Shown: positions 58,607 through 64,000 of the stretch, in pieces
How positions within the stretch are numbered: position 1 is the first letter of the stretch
How the letters are laid out: every line of letters starts with the position of its first letter
Notes under the pieces: model-generated
Told to the model about the DNA's origin: nothing
Database searches by the model: none
What the model saw: the letters and a program-made list of their open reading frames with translations, nothing else
From: Candidatus Aminicenantales bacterium
GTDB taxonomy: Bacteria > Acidobacteriota > Aminicenantia > Aminicenantales > Saccharicenantaceae
Length of the DNA stretch: 64,000 bases
Reading direction: 5' to 3'
Assembly (NCBI GenBank): GCA_049512315.1
Contig: JBEKXF010000014.1
Location: 11,702 to 75,701 of the forward strand
Made by a program: the position numbers and the translations under genes

Positions 58607-59367
58607 TCAACCTGACGGCCATCTACGTTCTCTGGCTGCGGGAGATGAAGCGCTATTTCCGGGCCAAGTCCAGGATCCTGGGCTCCCTGGCGATTCCCTT
58701 CTTCTTCCTGGCCTTTCTCGGCCTGGGCTTCAACAGGATGGCCGTGCCCGGGGTCACGGGCGGGGTCAATTACATCCGCTATCTCGTCCCGGGCATCATC
58801 GGCATGAGCCTCCTTTTCCAGAGCATTTTCGCCGGGCTGTCCGTCCTCTGGGACCGGGAGTTCGGCTTCCTCAAAGAGATCATGGTCGCCCCGGTCAGCA
58901 GGGTCTCGATCGTCCTCGGCCGGATCGCGGGCGGCATGACCACGGCCATCGTCCAGGGGTTGCTCGTGATGGCGGTTTCCCTTCTTGTGGGATTCAGGAT
59001 CAAGGGCCTCCCGGCGCTCCTGATGGCCCTGCTCTTTATGGTCTTTGTCTCGACTTCGTTCATCGGTCTCGGCCTCGTTTTCGCCTCCAAGATCAAGGAC
59101 ATGCAGGGCTACAGCATCATCATGAACTTCGTCGTTTTCCCGCTGTTTTTCCTTTCAGGGGCCCTCTATCCGCTCGAAAACCTGCCGGCCTGGCTCCGGG
59201 TCTTTTCCTATTTCGACCCGCTGACCTACGGCGTGGACGGGCTCCGAGGCTCCCTGATCGGTGTTTCGTCCAGGGGGGTCGGGCTCGACCTCCTGATCAT
59301 GGGCGCAATCTCCGTCCTCATGGTTTTTCTGGGGGCCTGGTCGTTCGAGCGAAGCGAGAGCGCCTGA
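58603..59367 (+). CDS. ABC-2 type permease (DrrB-like)
   Basis: WLREMKR..R, WDREFGFLKEIMVAPVSR, FFLSGALYP, PLTYGVDGLR. Confidence 0.93.
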   Translation: MINLTAIYVLWLREMKRYFRAKSRILGSLAIPFFFLAFLGLGFNRMAVPGVTGGVNYIRYLVPGIIGMSLLFQSIFAGLSVLWDREFGFLKEIMVAPVSRVSIVLGRIAGGMTTAIVQGLLVMAVSLLVGFRIKGLPALLMALLFMVFVSTSFIGLGLVFASKIKDMQGYSIIMNFVVFPLFFLSGALYPLENLPAWLRVFSYFDPLTYGVDGLRGSLIGVSSRGVGLDLLIMGAISVLMVFLGAWSFERSESA

Positions 59368-59426
59368 TCGCCCCTGGCCCGGGAGGAACGGCCCGGCCCA
59401 TCAGTCCCGGTCGCATGGAGGGTGGA

Positions 59427-61553
59427 ATGCAGCGAAAGCCCCGAACAAGCATAAGGCCGCTGTCCTTCCCTGTCGTCCTCATCCTGGCCTTTTTCCTGGC
59501 CTCCTGCTCGAAGCGGGCCGGAGCGCCGTCCGGCGTCCCGCCGAACGAACCGGCCAAGGTTGTTGTGAAGGGCGCGAAAATCCGGATCACTTATAGCGGG
59601 GTCGATATCTTTTCCGGCGACGTCGGGTCGCCGGAGTCCGGCTTCGAAGCCAGGACAAACGTCTACCGAGATGGGGACAAGGTCAGCCAGGTCATCCTCC
59701 TCGTCCCGAAAGGCGAGGGCAGGGTTGGCCTCTCCGGCACGGTCCTCGGCAGCCCGGAGTCCTTTCCCTGTGAAGCCGACCGGCGGGACCGGGGCCCGGT
59801 CATGGTCCGTCATTCATCGGGCCTGAGCCGCAGCCTCCTCAACCGGGCCGTCTACGACCGGCTCCGGGACTGGGCGTTTTCCGTCGACGCCGGCCCCCGG
59901 GCCGCCGTCCGGCCGATCAAAGAGGGCCCGGCATCGAGGCTGTACGGGCTCGAGGCCGCCGGCGGCGAGATCGTCCTCCGTTTCCGTCCCCGCTTCTACC
60001 AGATCCACCGGAACCTCAGGTTTTTCGAGCCGTGGACGTATAAGGTCTGGCCGCGGCCCGTGGCCGGCTGGATCTCCTGGTTCGCCTTTTTCGACCGGGT
60101 CACGGAACAGGACATCGTGGACACGGCCGACGCTCTTGCGGAGGTCCTGCTGCCGTTCGGCTACGAGGTCCTCCAGATCGACGACGGCTACCAGAGAGGG
60201 GAGGGGCGGCCCGACCTCTGGCTGAACGCGAACGCCAAGTTCCCGCACGGCCTGGGATTCCTGCCGCAATACATCAAGAGCAAGGGCCTCCGGCCGGGCA
60301 TCTGGACGAATGTCGCTTTCAAGCAGGCCGACTTCGCCGAATCCCACGGGGACTGGTTCGTGACGGACAAGTCGGGTCAACCCGCCCGGGGGAACTGGGT
60401 CGGGCTGAGCCTCGACGCCTCCAACTCCCAGGCCCTCGACGCCATCGTGAGGCCGGTTTTCAAGGGTCTCCGCGGCATGGGTTGGGAGTATTTCAAGGTG
60501 GACGCCCTCCGCCACCTCCGCTATGAGGGGTACAACGCCCACGCGGATTATTTCCGGCGGAAGAAGCTGGACCTCGTCGTGACCTACCGGCGCTACGTCG
60601 AGGTCATCCGGAACGAGATCGGCTGGGACGTCTTCCTCCTCGGCTGCTGGGGGATCCGGCCCGAGCTCATCGGCCTCATCGACGGCTGCCGGATCGGAAC
60701 GGACGGGTTTTCCTACGCCGGCCTGGCCCAATTCAATTCCTGGAACAACGTCGTCTGGCGGAACGATCCCGACCATATCGAACTCAACGACGACCGCTAC
60801 CGGTCAACCCTCGTGACGTCCCTGACGGGTTCCGCCCTCCTGCTGACGGACAAACCGTCGTTCTACAGGACAGGCGACGTCAGGCCGGCCAAGCGGGTCG
60901 CGCCCGTCCTGGGGACGCTTCCCGGCCAGATCTTCGACGTCGACCCGTCGCGCTCCGACGCCCTCGACCGGGTGGACACGGAGGTCAGCGGAAGCGGCCC
61001 CAGGGTCTTCGATGCGGGGCTCGCCCCGACCTGCGACCTCTTCCTCCTTGAGGTCAACCGGCCCTTCGAGGACTGGGTCGTCCTGGGCCGGACCGGAGAG
61101 AGCGCCGCGGAGATCCGGTTCGCGGACCTCGGCCTCGACCCGCTGAAGGAATATTTCGTCTACGAATTCTGGTCGGACCGGCTCCTCGGGAGCTTCACCG
61201 GCGGGTTCGGACCGGGGCCTCTGGACCACGTCTTCAGGTCCCAGGCCCTCATCATCCGGGAGCGCAGGCCCCATCCGCAGGTCGTCTCGACGAGCCGGCA
61301 CGTGACGGGCGGCGGTGTCGATCTCGCCGACGTCAGGTGGAAGGACGGAGTCCTCTCCGGCCGGAGCCGCCTGGTCGCCGGTGACCCCTACGAGATCGTG
61401 ATCACGGAGCCGGAGGGGTTTCGGTTGGAGGGATTCGAGGCTGACGGGGCCGCGCCGCAAGAAATCAGGAGAGAGGGGATCGTCCTGAAGGTCAGGTTCA
61501 CTGCGGCGGAGAGCAGGGAGATCGGCTGGACGGCGAGATTCAAGGGCCGGTGA
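59427..61553 (+). CDS. GH27/GH36-like (clan D) alpha-galactosidase-like lipoprotein
   Basis: Lipobox FLASC; GWISWFAF, QIDDGYQ, KFPHGL, GLRPGIW, YFKVD (nucleophile), RIGTD (acid/base), NDPD. Confidence 0.85.
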   Translation: MQRKPRTSIRPLSFPVVLILAFFLASCSKRAGAPSGVPPNEPAKVVVKGAKIRITYSGVDIFSGDVGSPESGFEARTNVYRDGDKVSQVILLVPKGEGRVGLSGTVLGSPESFPCEADRRDRGPVMVRHSSGLSRSLLNRAVYDRLRDWAFSVDAGPRAAVRPIKEGPASRLYGLEAAGGEIVLRFRPRFYQIHRNLRFFEPWTYKVWPRPVAGWISWFAFFDRVTEQDIVDTADALAEVLLPFGYEVLQIDDGYQRGEGRPDLWLNANAKFPHGLGFLPQYIKSKGLRPGIWTNVAFKQADFAESHGDWFVTDKSGQPARGNWVGLSLDASNSQALDAIVRPVFKGLRGMGWEYFKVDALRHLRYEGYNAHADYFRRKKLDLVVTYRRYVEVIRNEIGWDVFLLGCWGIRPELIGLIDGCRIGTDGFSYAGLAQFNSWNNVVWRNDPDHIELNDDRYRSTLVTSLTGSALLLTDKPSFYRTGDVRPAKRVAPVLGTLPGQIFDVDPSRSDALDRVDTEVSGSGPRVFDAGLAPTCDLFLLEVNRPFEDWVVLGRTGESAAEIRFADLGLDPLKEYFVYEFWSDRLLGSFTGGFGPGPLDHVFRSQALIIRERRPHPQVVSTSRHVTGGGVDLADVRWKDGVLSGRSRLVAGDPYEIVITEPEGFRLEGFEADGAAPQEIRREGIVLKVRFTAAESREIGWTARFKGR

Positions 61554-61743
61554 TCCCCGTCTGAGGTGGGGAAAAATATTTTTATCAATAAGTTATCTTC
61601 TCTTCGCGCCTCCGGAGTTCGGCCCGCATTTGACAGACGGGCCGGTTTCCTGTAGGTTGGAAGGCAAGCGGGCGCATCCTGACGGCAGGAATACAAGAAC
61701 TAGTGGAGAAATTGAAAAATGCTAGCATATATTGAATATCGGC

Positions 61744-61773
61744 TTGACAAGTCCCGGGGGACTTGTCTAGAAT
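61744..61773 (+). promoter_or_regulatory. Sigma70 promoter whose spacer is an inverted repeat
   Basis: TTGACA-N18-TAGAAT with GACAAGTCCC-GG-GGGACTTGTC (61746-61767). Confidence 0.7.
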
Positions 61774-61804
61774 AAATCCGTCCCAATAGTCAGCCCAAAG
61801 ACCC

Positions 61805-64000
61805 ATGCGTTTCCGCAAGATAAACTATTTTGTTATTCTATTCCTCGGGTTCTCGTTCTTCGGGGGCGTCCCCGTCGAATTCGGGAACGAGGGAGCGTTC
61901 TTCCACGGGTTCATGATCCCCAAGCCCGTGATCAGCATCGGCCTCGGCACGAACCTCAAGGATCTCCAGGTCCGCTCGTCTTCGGGCATGAAGGTCTACC
62001 AGGTCGACACGGGCTACAAGCTCATCTCGGATGACGCCGTCGAGGCCCAGGTCAAGGGCGGCAGCCAGAAGATCACCGAGAAGTTCGTCCTCCTCGTGGC
62101 CCACGCCAAGGAACGGAAGGAGGCGGACCTCCTGGTGGCCGACCTGAAACGGAAGATCTCGGGCAAGATCTATATCGAAGAGAACCGGGAGAACACGGCC
62201 GGCGGCGTCTTCGAGGTCAAAGTCGGGGACTTTTTGACCCGCGGCGACGCCCTGGCCGCGATCAAAGTCCTGAACGGATTGGGCCGGAGGGACCTCTGGA
62301 TCCTCCGCGAGGACATCACCGAGCGGGAATCCCAACCGACCTGGATGCTCCTCGACAACCACCTCCTGCCCCTCGGCCGCGAATCCGTCCTCTACTTCAT
62401 CCCGGCCAATCCGCAGAGCTTCCTGTCTTTCAACGGCCGGAGCTACCGCGGGCTTTTCATCCTGAAGGGGACGGCGAAGGGGGTCGTTCTGGTCAACGTC
62501 CTGAACCTCGAGGATTACCTGAAGAGCGTGGTCGCCGGCGAGCTCAACCCCGATCAGTTCAACGCCATCGAGGCCCTCAAGGCCCAGGCCGTGGCCGCGC
62601 GGACCTACGCCATCAAGAACATGGGCCTGTACAAAGATTACGGATACGACCTGATCGACACGCCGCGCTCCCAGTTCTACTCCGGGATGGATTCCGAGCG
62701 TCCGCTGAGCACCCGGGCCGTCGATGAGACGCGCGGCGAGGTCATGCGCTACAAGGGCGATCTCATCAACGCCCTCTACATGAGCACCTGCGGGGGCAGG
62801 ACGGAGGACGTCGAGAACGTGTTTCCCGGCACCCCGTCTCCGTACCTCAAGAGCGTCGAATGCACGTACGAGAAACAGCCGGAGTGGGACCTCGAAGTCA
62901 AGAACCCCGTCGTCCCCGTCATGGTCGGCGGGCATAACGCGAGCCTGGATGCGGCTTTCCTGGTCGGCCTGGGCGTCATCCCCTTGGGCATCGAGCCCCT
63001 GGATTTCCGCCAGGACTGCTCCTTTGAGGAGGCGATGGAATGGATCGGCTCGGCGCGACGTCTCCTGGGCGTCATGCCCAGGGATTTCGCCCCAGAGCCC
63101 GCGCCTCTCGACTACGCCAACCTGGCCAGGATTCTGGTCCAGGCGTTCGGCTGGGAGGAGCGGGTCGTCCGCCTCATGGTCCCGTCCGAGGCCGATTTCC
63201 AGCTGAAGGACCTGCCGCAGATCCATGGAAAAGACCGGGGGGCCCTGGCCTATTGCCTCCAGTCGCAGATCTTCCCGGCTTCCCTGAAAACGGGCGACCC
63301 GCGTCGCCCCGTCAGCCGGGCCGAGCTGGCCATGGCCCTGCGCAGGATCCTCGCGGCCGAGAAGAATTTCTACGAGTCGGGGACCTTCCGTTCGGCCAGG
63401 AAAAATACCATCGAAGTGGGCCAGGACTTCGAGCGCAGGACCCTCCGCCTCTCCCCGCATTTCTTCCTGCTCCGGAAGCTGGACGACGCGGAGCCGGATT
63501 CCTTCGCCTCCCACCTGACGCTCCTCGGCGGGGAGAAGGTCCAGTGGATCGAGCGCGAGGGCGAAGTCAGCTGCCTCGAGGTCTTCTACCCGCCGAACTC
63601 CAATGTCCTCGACCGGTCCTCGCGGTTCAACCGCTGGCAAGTCCAGAAATCGGCGAGCGAGCTCGACGCCATGATCGGGCCGTCTTTCCCCGTCGGACGC
63701 ATCGTCGACATGGCCGTCAAGGCCCGGGGGGCCTCGGGACGCGTGACCGAGCTCCTTATCACGGGCACGGACAACAAGGTGACCGTGCGCGGCTTCCAGA
63801 TCCGCGAAGTGCTGGGGCTCCGGGACACGCTGTTCGTCATCGACAAGTCCTACGACGAAGCGAGCCGCGTGAGCGGCTACACGTTCTCCGGCCGTGGCTG
63901 GGGCCACGGCGTCGGCCTCTGCCAGGTGGGGGCGTACGGGATGGCCCTGGCGGGCGCGAGGTACACGGACATCCTGAAGAAGTATTACGTCGGGATCAAG
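61805..64000 (+). CDS. SpoIID/LytB-family lytic transglycosylase with SPOR-like and SLH-like segments, truncated at the right edge
   Basis: Hand translation (not in the track): MRFRKINYFVILFLG...FEVKVGDFLTRGDA (SPOR-like)...YRG..VNVLNLEDYLKSVVAGE..EALKAQAVAARTYA..SQFY..STCGGRTE...GRGWGHGVGLCQVGA..ILKKYY. Confidence 0.92.
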   Translation, partial: MRFRKINYFVILFLGFSFFGGVPVEFGNEGAFFHGFMIPKPVISIGLGTNLKDLQVRSSSGMKVYQVDTGYKLISDDAVEAQVKGGSQKITEKFVLLVAHAKERKEADLLVADLKRKISGKIYIEENRENTAGGVFEVKVGDFLTRGDALAAIKVLNGLGRRDLWILREDITERESQPTWMLLDNHLLPLGRESVLYFIPANPQSFLSFNGRSYRGLFILKGTAKGVVLVNVLNLEDYLKSVVAGELNPDQFNAIEALKAQAVAARTYAIKNMGLYKDYGYDLIDTPRSQFYSGMDSERPLSTRAVDETRGEVMRYKGDLINALYMSTCGGRTEDVENVFPGTPSPYLKSVECTYEKQPEWDLEVKNPVVPVMVGGHNASLDAAFLVGLGVIPLGIEPLDFRQDCSFEEAMEWIGSARRLLGVMPRDFAPEPAPLDYANLARILVQAFGWEERVVRLMVPSEADFQLKDLPQIHGKDRGALAYCLQSQIFPASLKTGDPRRPVSRAELAMALRRILAAEKNFYESGTFRSARKNTIEVGQDFERRTLRLSPHFFLLRKLDDAEPDSFASHLTLLGGEKVQWIEREGEVSCLEVFYPPNSNVLDRSSRFNRWQVQKSASELDAMIGPSFPVGRIVDMAVKARGASGRVTELLITGTDNKVTVRGFQIREVLGLRDTLFVIDKSYDEASRVSGYTFSGRGWGHGVGLCQVGAYGMALAGARYTDILKKYYVGIK

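Overview
High-GC bacterial chromosome segment from a diderm (BamA, LolCDE, TonB-dependent receptor). Gene style suggests Acidobacteriota / Ca. Aminicenantes, which is inference only. About 52 protein genes: housekeeping (rpoZ, efp, ribH-nusB-lysS-lolC/E-lolD-bamA-fabZ, fabH, rnhC, rbsK, RsuA/RluB-family synthase, Lon-like protease), many secreted peptidases and lipoproteins, ABC and NSS transporters, and c-di-GMP components. I found no rRNA, tRNA, CRISPR array or mobile element. Most notable: (1) a divergent serine palmitoyltransferase-like / ceramide reductase-like pair next to fabH, while the bamA-fabZ cluster lacks skp/lpxD/lpxA, suggesting possible sphingolipid synthesis; (2) a DUF1638-like-PAS-GAF-GGDEF cyclase, a sigma-54 activator and a CbiX-like protein missing both catalytic His, with a perfect operator palindrome; (3) a TBDR facing an ECF sigma / zinc anti-sigma pair with an extracytoplasmic OB-like domain; (4) several rearranged or pseudo-enzymes and a decayed aminotransferase pseudogene. 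All family assignments come from motif recognition by eye; no searches were run.
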